Positions 9,915 to 19,843 of a stretch of 64,000 nt of DNA are shown here, piece by piece (the first letter of the stretch is position 1; every line of letters begins with the position of its first letter). A model generated the notes under the pieces. The model was given only the letters and a program-made list of their open reading frames with translations, was not told the DNA's origin and did no database searches. The stretch comes from an uncultured delta proteobacterium (GTDB lineage: Bacteria; Desulfobacterota; Zymogenia; Zymogenales; Zymogenaceae), in contig CAWBYW010000007.1 of NCBI GenBank assembly GCA_963792965.1, positions 96,001-160,000 on the forward strand, in the 5' to 3' direction. The position numbers and the translations under genes were made by a program.

Positions 9915-11062
9915 AGCCCACGATCGAAAAGGCCCGTGAAATCGCAGCGGGGTTCGCCCTTTCGGGAGACGTCCTGGACATTCTCCCTCACAGGGCGGGC
10001 CACATCAACGATACCTTCATCGTGACGACACAGGGCGACGGTGCGTGTCGCTACACGCTGCAGCGCATCAACGGAAGCGTCTTTGTCCGGCCCGATCTCG
10101 TGATGCATAACATCAAGGTCGTCACCGAGACGATCTCACGAAGGAATCGGGAGACAGGCACCGACACGGGATGCGGGGGGCTCGTGCTCGTGGCAACAAA
10201 GGAAAATCGGCACTACCTTGTCGACGCCAGCGGCGACTATTGGAGGTGCTACCATTATGTCGAGGGAACAACCCATAATCAGGTCGGATGCGACTTGGCG
10301 GGGACGATGATCGTCCGGGAGGCGGCGCGGGCGTTTGCCGACTTTCAAAATCACCTTGCCGGGGTGGATATACGGGAAATCCATATAACGATCGAGAACT
10401 TCCATCATACGCCGACACGTTTTCGACGCTTCTGCGAGGTGGCGGCTCTGGACGTTTGCGGCAGGACGCGGGAGGCGCGCCGTGAGATAGCGTTTGCGAC
10501 GGCGCGCGAGCCGCTGTGCGCCCTCATCAGCGGGCCGATACTGCGGGGCGAGATCCCCGTGAGAGTGACGCACAACGACACGAAGATCAACAACGTCGTC
10601 TTTGGGGAAGGAAGGGATGCGCGCCCGCGGGCCCTGTGCGTCATCGATCTCGATACGGTCATGCCGGGCTCGGCCCTCTTTGACTTCGGCGATCTGGTAC
10701 GGAGCTCGGTTTGTACCCGGCCCGAGGACGAGACGGACGTCGACACGATCGAGGTGAACCTGGACCTCTTTGAGTCGCTCGTCTCGGGATATCTTGAGGG
10801 CTCACGGGAGCTCTTGAGCGGGCGGGAGATCGAGCTCTTAACTCGGGCGGGAATGGTCATTACGCTCGAGACCGGGCTCAGGTTCCTCACCGATTTCCTG
10901 GCGGGCGACGTCTATTTCAAGACCTCAAGACCTCGGCACAACCTCGACCGGGCGCGATCACAGTTTCGGCTCCTCGAGTCTATGGAGAAGCATCGGCGCG
11001 AGATGGATGAGATCATCACGAGACGCAGTCGAGGAACGTTTCCGGGTGGAGTTCGGAGGTGA
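9911..11062 (+). CDS. Aminoglycoside-phosphotransferase-fold anomeric sugar kinase (N-acetylhexosamine 1-kinase/AmgK-like)
   Basis: GHINDTF, LQRIN, RVTHNDTKINNV, VIDLDTVMPG, DFGDLVRS, RFLTDFLAGDVYFK; ATGA overlap with the upstream gene. Confidence 0.88.
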   Translation: MKPTIEKAREIAAGFALSGDVLDILPHRAGHINDTFIVTTQGDGACRYTLQRINGSVFVRPDLVMHNIKVVTETISRRNRETGTDTGCGGLVLVATKENRHYLVDASGDYWRCYHYVEGTTHNQVGCDLAGTMIVREAARAFADFQNHLAGVDIREIHITIENFHHTPTRFRRFCEVAALDVCGRTREARREIAFATAREPLCALISGPILRGEIPVRVTHNDTKINNVVFGEGRDARPRALCVIDLDTVMPGSALFDFGDLVRSSVCTRPEDETDVDTIEVNLDLFESLVSGYLEGSRELLSGREIELLTRAGMVITLETGLRFLTDFLAGDVYFKTSRPRHNLDRARSQFRLLESMEKHRREMDEIITRRSRGTFPGGVRR

Positions 11063-11063
11063 C

Positions 11064-11789
11064 ATGAAGAGAGCGAATCGACTCACACGATTTTTCACGG
11101 GACTTCTGATGGCCGCCGTCGTGATCGGCCTGGTTTCCCGGCCGGACGGTGCATGGGCCGGAGAGTCCCGCTGGGTTGTCGTTGGGGGCGCGTCGGATTT
11201 TCGGGACGTCGGCGGATATACGACGGGCGGTGGGACGGTCAGATGGGGCGTCCTGTATCGATCGGACGACCTGTCCACGATAGACCAGGTGGGTGTCAAC
11301 GCATTGGTGGGACTCGGTGTAAAGACCGTCGTCAATCTCAGGGCCGACGCAGGTGACGCCGTACGCATTACGGACTTGTCCGGTGGAAAAATCAGGGTCG
11401 TCAGTCTCCCGATCATTGCCGACCCCATCAAAGATAAGAACGATTACTACAAACGGATGATCGTCAACGGCCGGGAGAGCCTGATATCGCTCTTCGTGCT
11501 CCTTTCCGATAAGAAGAACCTCCCGCTGGTCATCTTCGATAAAGACGGGAGGGACCAGGCCGAGATGGTAACGATGGTGATCCTGCTCGCCCTCGGGGTG
11601 GGTGAGGGGGATGTCGTTTCCGACTACCTCCTCTCAAACCAACGGGGGGCCGCCCTCAAAGACGAGTGGGGACAGATCATTGTCCGGTACTTTGACGAAT
11701 ACGGCGGGATAGATTACTACACCACGAGAGTCCTCAATCTGTCACCGGATCTCATTAAACAGGTAAGGGAAAACCTCACCGCGCAATAG
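11064..11789 (+). CDS. Exported tyrosine-phosphatase-family (Y_phosphatase3) homologue with degenerate catalytic loop
   Basis: FRDVGGY, GVLYRS, TVVNLR and DYLLSN are conserved; the P-loop reads IFDKDGRDQA instead of HC.AGKDRT; signal peptide. Confidence 0.8.
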   Translation: MKRANRLTRFFTGLLMAAVVIGLVSRPDGAWAGESRWVVVGGASDFRDVGGYTTGGGTVRWGVLYRSDDLSTIDQVGVNALVGLGVKTVVNLRADAGDAVRITDLSGGKIRVVSLPIIADPIKDKNDYYKRMIVNGRESLISLFVLLSDKKNLPLVIFDKDGRDQAEMVTMVILLALGVGEGDVVSDYLLSNQRGAALKDEWGQIIVRYFDEYGGIDYYTTRVLNLSPDLIKQVRENLTAQ

Positions 11790-11798
11790 GAGGAAACT

Positions 11799-12980
11799 AT
11801 GGCAGGACCGCTGAGCGGCGTCCGTATCGTCGATCTCACCCGGCTCTATCCCGGCCCCTTCGGGACGCAGCTCTTGGGGGACCTCGGTGCAGAGGTCATC
11901 AAGGTCGAAGACAAGAACTCCCCGGACTATATTCGGTTCTTCCCGCCCGTCTTCGTCAAGGAGGGCGCGGGCTACATCAGCGTGAACCGGAATAAGAAAA
12001 GTTTTGCCCTGGACCTCCGGTCCGACCAGGGGAAAGAGCTCTTCTTCACGCTGGTCGAGAAATCCGACGTCGTGGTCGAACAGTTCAGGCCGGGTGTTCT
12101 GGACAAGATGGGGCTCGGATATGAGAAGGGCCGGGCGCGCAACCCGAGGATCATCTATTGCTCGATCACCGGCTTCGGTCAGACGGGACCGTACGCTAAC
12201 ATACCCGGACACGACCTCAACTACATGGGGCTTACGGGAATCAGTGACACGATCGGTCCGCGAGGAAAGGATCCCGTCGTTCCCGGCATCCAGGTGGCCG
12301 ACGTCGCGGGCGGGGGCCTGATGTCCGTCATCGGAATACTGGCCGCGATCGTCGGACGAAAGAGCACGGGGCGCGGCCAGCACGTGGACGTATCGATGTT
12401 CGACGGCATCCTCCCCTTCATGGGAATGATCTATTCCAACTTCAAGGCGGGCGGCGGGCTCCCCGAGCGTGGAAACATGTTCTTGGCGGGGGCGCTTGTC
12501 TGCTACGACATCTACCGGACAAAGGATAACCGGTTCATGACGCTCGGTGCGCTCGAGTTCAAGTTCTGGAAGCGATTCTGCGAGCTGATCGATAAGACCG
12601 AGTGGACCGATATGCAGTACGTCCAGGGTGATGAGAAGATACGGATCCGGACGGAGCTTGAGAAGATCTTCCTGTCAAAGACGAGGGACGAGTGGGTGGA
12701 GGTCTTCCGGGGGGAGGAGTCGATGTGCGACGCGGTTCTTTCCATCGACGAGGTTGAAAACGATCCCCACGCCATCGCGCGGAAGATGATCGTCGAGATG
12801 GACCATCCGACCGAGGGAAAGATCAAGGGGATCGGGGTACCGATCAAATTCTCCGACACGGAGGCAACCGAAATAGCCCCGCCTCCGATCCTCGGACAGC
12901 ACAACGACGAGATATTGCGAATGATGGGGGTTTCGGATGAAAAGATCGGGCAGCTGCGAAAAGACGGGATAGTCATATAG
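11799..12980 (+). CDS. Family III CoA-transferase (CaiB/BaiF, AMACR-like)
   Basis: GPLSGVRIVDLTRLYPGP, DLGAEVIKVE, NRNKKS, GHDLNY, ADVAGGG. Confidence 0.95.
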   Translation: MAGPLSGVRIVDLTRLYPGPFGTQLLGDLGAEVIKVEDKNSPDYIRFFPPVFVKEGAGYISVNRNKKSFALDLRSDQGKELFFTLVEKSDVVVEQFRPGVLDKMGLGYEKGRARNPRIIYCSITGFGQTGPYANIPGHDLNYMGLTGISDTIGPRGKDPVVPGIQVADVAGGGLMSVIGILAAIVGRKSTGRGQHVDVSMFDGILPFMGMIYSNFKAGGGLPERGNMFLAGALVCYDIYRTKDNRFMTLGALEFKFWKRFCELIDKTEWTDMQYVQGDEKIRIRTELEKIFLSKTRDEWVEVFRGEESMCDAVLSIDEVENDPHAIARKMIVEMDHPTEGKIKGIGVPIKFSDTEATEIAPPPILGQHNDEILRMMGVSDEKIGQLRKDGIVI

Positions 12981-13014
12981 CGGCGGTCCAGATACGTCCC
13001 GTCCCACGACTATC

Positions 13015-13311
13015 TCAGGATTTCTTCTTGAACCGGTCGTTCGAGACCTTCGTGAGGCCGCTCCCATCTCGTTTTGCGTAGTCCTTGAGGGCTGTGGCGA
13101 GATATGTCTCGGGGGTGGGCATCGAGCCTTTCTTCCAGCCGCGGAAGGATGCCCCCTTTTCCTCCTCGATGAGACGCTCCTCGAGGCGCTTCCAGTCCTC
13201 GGGATTTTTTTTCTTGAAACCGGCGACGAAATCGGAAAGGGTAAACTCACCGGTGAGCCCCTTGAGGGTCCGGGAGATTTTCTCGTCCATTTGCTCAACG
13301 ATCTTTTTCAT
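13015..13311 (-). CDS. Small basic hypothetical protein
   Basis: ORF with GAGGA RBS before the ATG at 13311; fills the gap between convergent/divergent neighbours. Confidence 0.6.
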   Translation of the reverse strand: MKKIVEQMDEKISRTLKGLTGEFTLSDFVAGFKKKNPEDWKRLEERLIEEEKGASFRGWKKGSMPTPETYLATALKDYAKRDGSGLTKVSNDRFKKKS

Positions 13312-13436
13312 GGCTTGTCCTCGTTTCTTTCTATTATACATAGCGTTAAGACTTTTACAAGATAAAATGGAGCTCAACGCTTTTCTTGTCGTTGATACTA
13401 TGCTATCATCCTACAAGAAGGCGATGAGGTCATGGG

Positions 13437-14246
13437 GTGAGCGATACCGATAAGGTCCTTGAGGTCGCAGTTTATGCCGCACGAACGGCAGGATCGCTTC
13501 TCGTCTCTTACCTCGGGGGTGGGAGGCCGAGGGGGATAGCCCAAAAGGATCTCCTCGACTATGTGACGGACGCGGACCGGGAGTCGGAAAAGACGATACG
13601 GAAGGTTATCGGCTCGCGCTTCCCGGACCACTCGATTCTGGCCGAAGAGGGCGGGCTGACCGAAAAGGACAAGCAAAATCTCTGGGTGGTCGACCCGCTG
13701 GACGGCACGATCAACTACATATCGTCGTTCCCGTTCTTTTGTGTTTCGGTGGGATTCGTGCGTGAGGGATCGGTAGAGGTCGGCGTGGTATACGATCCCA
13801 TCAAGGACGAGCTCTTTCACGCGGCCAGGGGCAAGGGCGCATACCTCAACGGTAGCCCGATTCGGGTAAACGCCGTATCGGACCTCTCCACATCTATCGT
13901 CTTTACCGGCTTTCCCCACCGAATCAAAGAGTGCTTCGAGCCGCACCTTGCGAGCTTTCGGGCAATATTCGAGATCAGCGCGGGGATTCGGCAACTCGGG
14001 AGCGCGGCTCTTCACCTCTGCTACACGGCGATGGGAAGGGCGGACGGCTTCTGGGAGCCGAGGCTCTCCCCGTGGGACATCGCGGCCGGAAGCCTCATCG
14101 TCACCGAGGCCGGGGGAATCGTCACCGACTTTACCGGCGCGCTCGACTATCTGTCGAGCGGTGATGTCGTTTGCGGGTCCCCAAAATCGCACGAGATATT
14201 GTTGAATATTATCGGCCACGCGTTCGCCGATTCGGGAGGCGCATAG
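13437..14246 (+). CDS. suhB: Inositol monophosphatase family protein
   Basis: YVTDADRESE, ILAEEG, WVVDPLDGTINY, GSAALHLCY, WDIAAG. Confidence 0.92.
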   Translation: MSDTDKVLEVAVYAARTAGSLLVSYLGGGRPRGIAQKDLLDYVTDADRESEKTIRKVIGSRFPDHSILAEEGGLTEKDKQNLWVVDPLDGTINYISSFPFFCVSVGFVREGSVEVGVVYDPIKDELFHAARGKGAYLNGSPIRVNAVSDLSTSIVFTGFPHRIKECFEPHLASFRAIFEISAGIRQLGSAALHLCYTAMGRADGFWEPRLSPWDIAAGSLIVTEAGGIVTDFTGALDYLSSGDVVCGSPKSHEILLNIIGHAFADSGGA

Positions 14247-14732
14247 ATGGAGTCACGGAAACTCATGATCTATCTCATCGTGATCCTCGTTCTGCTCATC
14301 GGCATGCTCATCTATGTGTATGTTCAGATACGTCAGTTCAGTCCTGGAAAAGAGGAAGGCGAGGGGAATAGGGCGGCAGTGACCGACCTCGCCAACGGCG
14401 GATCGATATACCTGGAAGGCAAGGATCTCCAGGGGAAGATGATCCCGATTTCGGGCGGGCCCGCGTGGTTCTTGAAGGACGGGGGAGGATGCGCGGTGTG
14501 TCACGGCGAAAAGGGGGAAGGGGGAAAGCCGATTCATGGGCTCAAGATCGTTCCGCCGAACATCAGGAAGGCCGTGGCAAAGGGAATCGGCGGGATGTCC
14601 GAAAAGGATTTCGGAAAGCTCATCAGGTGGGGAGAGATTGGGGGCGGAAAATCGCTCTCGTACGAGATGCCGCGCTTTGACCTGACCGACGAAGAGGTCA
14701 GAGACCTGTTGGCCTTTATCAGAAAACTGTAG
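14247..14732 (+). CDS. Membrane-anchored monoheme cytochrome c
   Basis: N-terminal TM helix, CAVCH heme motif, distal MPRF Met ligand. Confidence 0.9.
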   Translation: MESRKLMIYLIVILVLLIGMLIYVYVQIRQFSPGKEEGEGNRAAVTDLANGGSIYLEGKDLQGKMIPISGGPAWFLKDGGGCAVCHGEKGEGGKPIHGLKIVPPNIRKAVAKGIGGMSEKDFGKLIRWGEIGGGKSLSYEMPRFDLTDEEVRDLLAFIRKL

Positions 14733-14903
14733 CGCCGCCGGAGGGCCCTGTTTTTGGAGAGCCCGGCGGAGAAGAGCACCATTCCCATCGGTAATCTGAG
14801 GATAATGCGGTAGGGCAAGGGGCCCCATCGTTTGATCGTGCATATATGCGCATCGTGGGCGACAATAGTCTGAAATAGAGGAATTTCCCCCCGAGAATCC
14901 GCG

Positions 14904-15341
14904 ATGGATATTACCGAAGAAAACATCTACTACCTGATATCACGTCTGTTAGACGATTTCGACGCCATCGAGAAGGCCTATACCAAGCGCCTGCTCGAGG
15001 ATGGCTACAGCGTCACCGCTTCACAGCTCGAGATCATGCGAGCCGTGGGGGAAAACCCGCGAATATCTCTCGGGGAGCTGGCGACGCTGACGAAACTTCA
15101 CATCACGACCGTGGAGGGCTATGCAAATCGGCTGTCCAGGAAGGGATTTGCCGTGAAGGAGAAAGACCCTGCCGACTCCCGCAGGGTGATCGTGTGGCTG
15201 ACAACCGAGGGGGAGCTGATCCTCAGGGCCGCGCCGAAGGGCTACCGCACGAAGCTCTTCGAGGAGCTGAAGGAGCTCCCGATCTCGGAAAAGGAAGCCA
15301 TCTATCAGGTACTCAAGAAGCTCGTCTTCATGATGAGATAA
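14904..15341 (+). CDS. MarR family transcriptional regulator
   Basis: SQLEIM..ISLGELA...RLSRKGF..DPADSRRVIVWLTTEG. Confidence 0.92.
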   Translation: MDITEENIYYLISRLLDDFDAIEKAYTKRLLEDGYSVTASQLEIMRAVGENPRISLGELATLTKLHITTVEGYANRLSRKGFAVKEKDPADSRRVIVWLTTEGELILRAAPKGYRTKLFEELKELPISEKEAIYQVLKKLVFMMR

Positions 15342-15410
15342 CGGATACCCATTAAGGCGCGGCTTTTGCGGGCCCCACATATAAAGAAGGACCCCGTGGC
15401 AGAAAGGGTC

Positions 15411-15444
15411 GAAAAGGGCCGGATAGGTCTATCCGGCCCTTTTC
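15411..15444. terminator. Bidirectional intrinsic terminator between convergent genes
   Basis: Perfect 16-bp inverted repeat GAAAAGGGCCGGATAG-GT-CTATCCGGCCCTTTTC. Confidence 0.8.
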
Positions 15445-15454
15445 TTTGGCCGGG

Positions 15455-17566
15455 CTACTTAACTCGGTACCACGCTCCGTTGTAGCTGAAGATGACGCTC
15501 TTGCCGAGCGCCAGCAATTTTCCCGCGTCGGGGTTTTCGGAGACAAACTTCCAGTACGCGTCGCTGTCAAACGGCAATTCGATGGTCTTGGTCCCTTCTT
15601 TGTATTGACTGTCGATCCAGACCTTATCGCGCAGCATAAACGTCCGCTCACCAAGCTGCTTGATGCTCATGAGCGTGGGCTCACTGACGGTCGTCTTGTC
15701 TTTCATGTCACGCATCGCCTCCGACGCCTTCAGGGCAACGCCACCGCGCTCCTCCTTGAGCATCCCGGTTCCCGACATGAAGCCCAGATCGTCCCGAACG
15801 CCGGGGGAGGGAGCGGGTAGCCCCTGATTTTGATCCTCAAGGACCAAGAAGCTCGTATAGGGCGTCACGATCCCGAAGGTCTTGCCGAGGTCCGTCACCT
15901 CATCCACGAGCTCCTTGTTCTCACCGTTGAGGCGGATCTCGTCCAGGAGATAGGCGATCTTCCGCGTCGCCCAGATGCGGGGCAGAAAGTCATCTTTCTC
16001 GTCGGCGGACCCGAAGGTAACCGGATATTCGAGGACTACGTCACGACCGCCGAGGGTCCCCTTGAGCACAATCGTGGAGGTCCCCGAGCCCTCAAAGGTG
16101 CCCACGACGGTCACCTGTGAGCCCGCAAAGAGGTCGGGGAGCTTGGCCGGATAGTAGTCTTTCAGACGGATGCCGCTCGATGTCAGTGAGAGATCGGTCA
16201 TGGCGGGGTTCTTGATCTTCGTGAAGAAGTTTGAGACGACCGCCTCGATATTCTCCGTGGGCGTTACATATTCGGATACGCCGTGGTTGTCCGACGAGAT
16301 CTTGTCGAGAAGGTGGGTGTTGGTCTCCTCGCCGACGCCGAAAACAAAGATTCTCGCATTACCCTTGTTGGCAGCATCGACGTTCTTGATGATCGCGGGG
16401 AGGTCGGTTATCCCGACGGTCGGCTCCCCGTCGGTGACGAAGACGACGATATGGGGCCGTCTCTTATCACCGGTGTCTTTGAGGGCCTCGATGAGCGAGT
16501 CGTTGATGTTCGTCCCGCCCCGGGCGACCATATTCTCGACAAAGTCGGCGGCGGCCTCCTTGTTCTTCCCGTCGGCTGAAACCACGGAGGTCTTGAATTT
16601 CTCCGTATCGGTCGAAAAACGGATGATGTTGAATCGGTCGTTCGCATTGAGAGCGCCGATGCAGAACCTGAGCGCCTTCTTGGCCTGAGCGAGCTTATCG
16701 CCCTTCATGCTCCCGGAGGTATCCAGCACGAAGGTCACGTCTTTGGGTACAATGTCGGCTGGGGCGATATCCTGCCGGGGAGACACAAGGAGCATGAAGT
16801 AGCCGGGGCCGCTCCCTTCCCGGTACGACAGAAGGGATAGGCCGATCTCTTTTTCGGAGAGGGTATAGTAGAGGATGAAGTCTTTATCGGGAAGAACATT
16901 TTTATCCTCAAAAGAGAACTTGACCTCGCGGTCGCCTCTCCTGGCGACGTCGATCTCGTGGGAGGGCGAATAGACGGTTGTGATAGGGACCGAAGATTTG
17001 ATGTTGGCGTCTATGGAAACCTCGTGCAGCGGGGCCGACGAGAATTTCTCGGTGTTCAGGGGATAGACGTACCTGACCATCCCGAAGTCGTACTTGAGGG
17101 TCTCGGTGTAGGTGATCTCGACGCGCTTTTCTCCATGCGCCGGGATCGGATAGATCCGGAGCTTGAAGGTGTTGCGGTTGACATATTCCAGGAGCGCCGG
17201 GTCCCTCAGCCTCCTGACGATATCCTCGTAGGTCGTACGCGCCTCGTTTGCGTTCAGGAGCTGTCCCTTGACCCTCTTGCCGTCGATATAGAGCGCAAGG
17301 TCGGAAAACGAGGCCCCTTCCGGAAGGGGAAAGATAAAGGTCCCCTCGAGATCCATGTCGTTAGGGTTAACGAAGACCTCATCGATGTGGGTGGTGGAGA
17401 CCTGATCGATAATGTCGACCTTTACGTGGTGATATTTAACCTCCAGCGGGACAATCGGCTTCGGCGGGTGAATAGGGGGATCGATGATAATGACGCCGTC
17501 GGCAAAGACGAGTGCCGGCAGCGCGAACACGAGCAGGGCCAGCGAAAAGATCAGTACTTTTTTCAT
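15455..17566 (-). CDS. Secreted VIT + vWA domain protein (inter-alpha-trypsin inhibitor heavy chain-like)
   Basis: Signal peptide; VIT (EGTFIFPLPEGA, DPALLE); MIDAS FVLDTSGSM, GGTNI, FVTDGEPTVG; IVTPYTSFLV. Confidence 0.92.
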   Translation of the reverse strand: MKKVLIFSLALLVFALPALVFADGVIIIDPPIHPPKPIVPLEVKYHHVKVDIIDQVSTTHIDEVFVNPNDMDLEGTFIFPLPEGASFSDLALYIDGKRVKGQLLNANEARTTYEDIVRRLRDPALLEYVNRNTFKLRIYPIPAHGEKRVEITYTETLKYDFGMVRYVYPLNTEKFSSAPLHEVSIDANIKSSVPITTVYSPSHEIDVARRGDREVKFSFEDKNVLPDKDFILYYTLSEKEIGLSLLSYREGSGPGYFMLLVSPRQDIAPADIVPKDVTFVLDTSGSMKGDKLAQAKKALRFCIGALNANDRFNIIRFSTDTEKFKTSVVSADGKNKEAAADFVENMVARGGTNINDSLIEALKDTGDKRRPHIVVFVTDGEPTVGITDLPAIIKNVDAANKGNARIFVFGVGEETNTHLLDKISSDNHGVSEYVTPTENIEAVVSNFFTKIKNPAMTDLSLTSSGIRLKDYYPAKLPDLFAGSQVTVVGTFEGSGTSTIVLKGTLGGRDVVLEYPVTFGSADEKDDFLPRIWATRKIAYLLDEIRLNGENKELVDEVTDLGKTFGIVTPYTSFLVLEDQNQGLPAPSPGVRDDLGFMSGTGMLKEERGGVALKASEAMRDMKDKTTVSEPTLMSIKQLGERTFMLRDKVWIDSQYKEGTKTIELPFDSDAYWKFVSENPDAGKLLALGKSVIFSYNGAWYRVK

Positions 17567-17694
17567 ATCGGCTCCTTTTCTTCCTTTTGTCTCTTATGAC
17601 AGAGAGACAGATGCTTTTGTTCCAGACGGTTTTTTTATTTAATAGCGGAGAGAGTTATTGTATAATAATCTCTTTACCGGATAAGGAAGCCGCC

Positions 17695-18852
17695 ATGCAG
17701 ATCACGAAGAGCTTTATCATATTCTTTTTCATATTCTTTGCCATCTATGTGCTTACCAATACCTATATATATCTCCGTGGGTTTTCGGCGCTCTCTCTCG
17801 AGGGGAGATGGGTCATCGGCCTGAAGCTCTTGTTTGTTGCCGTCGTGTTGACGTTTCCCGTTTCGTTCTTCCTGAGGGGCACAAAATACGCCAATACCTG
17901 TGACCTCCTTACGATCGTCGGCTCGATCTGGGTTGGTGCGATGCTTTATTTCTTTCTGCTGGCGGTCTTTTCCGATCTTGTGAGGCTTATCGACTCTCTG
18001 GTCCCCATCATCCCCGCGCACTTCAAGAACAACCGCGTTCTGTTGGGCAGGAGCGCCTTTTTTGGCTCTATCGCCATCGTCTTTCTTATCATACTCTCCG
18101 GATGGGTCAATACCTTCTTCATCAGGGTTAAGAACCTCGAGGTGGACTTTCCCACGCTCCCGAAGGCCGCCAACCCGACAACCGTGGTCTACGTCTCGGA
18201 CGTCCATCTCGGTCTCCTGGTCGGGGAGCACCGCCTGAGAGCCTTTGTCGACAAGATCAACGCCCAGCATCCCGACATCATCCTCATCGGGGGCGACCTC
18301 GTGGACGAGAGCGTTGAGGGGCTGGCGCATATGCCGGAAATCCTGGCCGGGCTCAAGGCACCACGCGGCATCTATGCCGTGCTGGGTAACCACGATTTCT
18401 ACGCGGGGCACGAGAAGGCCGAGGCATTCATGCGGTCGGCGGGGATAAGAGTACTGAGGGACGAGGTGGTGACGCTGCCGGGTCTCGTCAACCTTGTGGG
18501 GCTGGACGATCCCACGGCGCTCCAGTTTGGAAAGAAGAAGGAGGCATCGCTTCCGGAGCTGCTCAAGAAGCGGGACGTGAGCCTGCCCACGATCCTCATG
18601 TTTCATCCACCCATCAGGATGAAAAAATACGCAGCCTACCCGATCGACCTCATGCTCTCGGGGCATTCTCACCACGGGCAGATGTTCCCGATGAACTTCA
18701 TCACGGACCTCGTCTATCTGGTAAGCTACGGATATGCGAGAATCGGTACGATGCAGGTCTATGTGTCCAGCGGCCTGGGCACCTGGGGGCCGCCGGTACG
18801 GGTCTTCACCCACCCGGAGATCGTCAGGATTACCCTTGTAAAGGGAAAGTGA
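17695..18852 (+). CDS. Membrane-anchored metallophosphoesterase (YkuE/YaeI-like)
   Basis: Four N-terminal TM helices; SDVHLG, GGDLVD, LGNHD, MFHPP, SGHSHHGQ, SSGLGTWGPP. Confidence 0.92.
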   Translation: MQITKSFIIFFFIFFAIYVLTNTYIYLRGFSALSLEGRWVIGLKLLFVAVVLTFPVSFFLRGTKYANTCDLLTIVGSIWVGAMLYFFLLAVFSDLVRLIDSLVPIIPAHFKNNRVLLGRSAFFGSIAIVFLIILSGWVNTFFIRVKNLEVDFPTLPKAANPTTVVYVSDVHLGLLVGEHRLRAFVDKINAQHPDIILIGGDLVDESVEGLAHMPEILAGLKAPRGIYAVLGNHDFYAGHEKAEAFMRSAGIRVLRDEVVTLPGLVNLVGLDDPTALQFGKKKEASLPELLKKRDVSLPTILMFHPPIRMKKYAAYPIDLMLSGHSHHGQMFPMNFITDLVYLVSYGYARIGTMQVYVSSGLGTWGPPVRVFTHPEIVRITLVKGK

Positions 18853-18984
18853 GAAGAGCCGGGCGAGCAGATCGTTCCTCCATTACCTCTCGATTATCTT
18901 CTACCTTCTTATCGAGCATATTCCTTCCCCTGTAGCCGGGCGACGGTAGTCCGCCCTCCCTCGTCGGCGGCCGGGGAGGATTTT

Positions 18985-19635
18985 CTACGGCTTGATAATG
19001 CTAACGCTCCAAAGGTCGACTTTTTTCCGTCGATAAACGGCAACGTCGGTGTTCTTTAGGGGATAGAGCAGGTCGTTCAAGAGGCCGCGAAGGTCCCTTA
19101 TGGACGGACTGCCGGGGTCACGAGACAAGAACGCATCCCTCAACCATACGATCAGGCTCGAGCTGGGCGGGGGGGTGGCGCCGACCTGGATCCGGTATTT
19201 CTCTGTCTGAGCCAGGGAGAGCGAGTAGGAGAGGATCTCAGTCGGAGCCTCGAGGAGCCGGTCGTCTTCACCGATCGCCTCGAGTTGCCGGCGGAAGGTC
19301 TCTCTGAGGCGCCTGCCGAACTCTTCGGCGAAGGCGGCGGCCACCAAGTCGTCTGCGTACCAGTCGGTGGCGGCCCTGAAGGCGAACTCGACATCTTTGA
19401 TCAGTGTTTCCGGTGTCCCCGGAAGAAACCAGGGAGTCGAGAAGAGCGGGTGGACGGTTTCGGCCAGGTACGCGTGAGCGCACTCGTGCTCAAGATAGAT
19501 GCGCGGCTCGCCGCGTTTTTTGATCTTCAGGGTGTGGCTTTTCCTGAACGGATCGGTCGTAACAGAGGATCCTCTCGCACAGGTTTCCTCTTCGACCGGC
19601 CATGTCAGGAGGTCTCGGATGGTCCTGGCTTTCAT
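18985..19635 (-). CDS. Hypothetical protein with HExxH zinc-metallopeptidase-like motif
   Basis: YLEHECAHAYLAE motif; ATG at 19635. Confidence 0.6.
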   Translation of the reverse strand: MKARTIRDLLTWPVEEETCARGSSVTTDPFRKSHTLKIKKRGEPRIYLEHECAHAYLAETVHPLFSTPWFLPGTPETLIKDVEFAFRAATDWYADDLVAAAFAEEFGRRLRETFRRQLEAIGEDDRLLEAPTEILSYSLSLAQTEKYRIQVGATPPPSSSLIVWLRDAFLSRDPGSPSIRDLRGLLNDLLYPLKNTDVAVYRRKKVDLWSVSIIKP

Positions 19636-19843
19636 AGAAAAATTGTAGTACGCCCCGATGCGTGCCGCAAGCGAATACACAATATACATGTTGTCTCAGC
19701 AGGGGAGGTCCCCAGAGGCCACGGTGATATCGCGTGTGGGTTCGGGTAGGCTCCCCCCGTTGCATCCGGGAATAGAGTGATTATATTAGTAATATGGATA
19801 TATAACGATCGTTCAATCCACGAAATATGAGGGAGCTATTACG

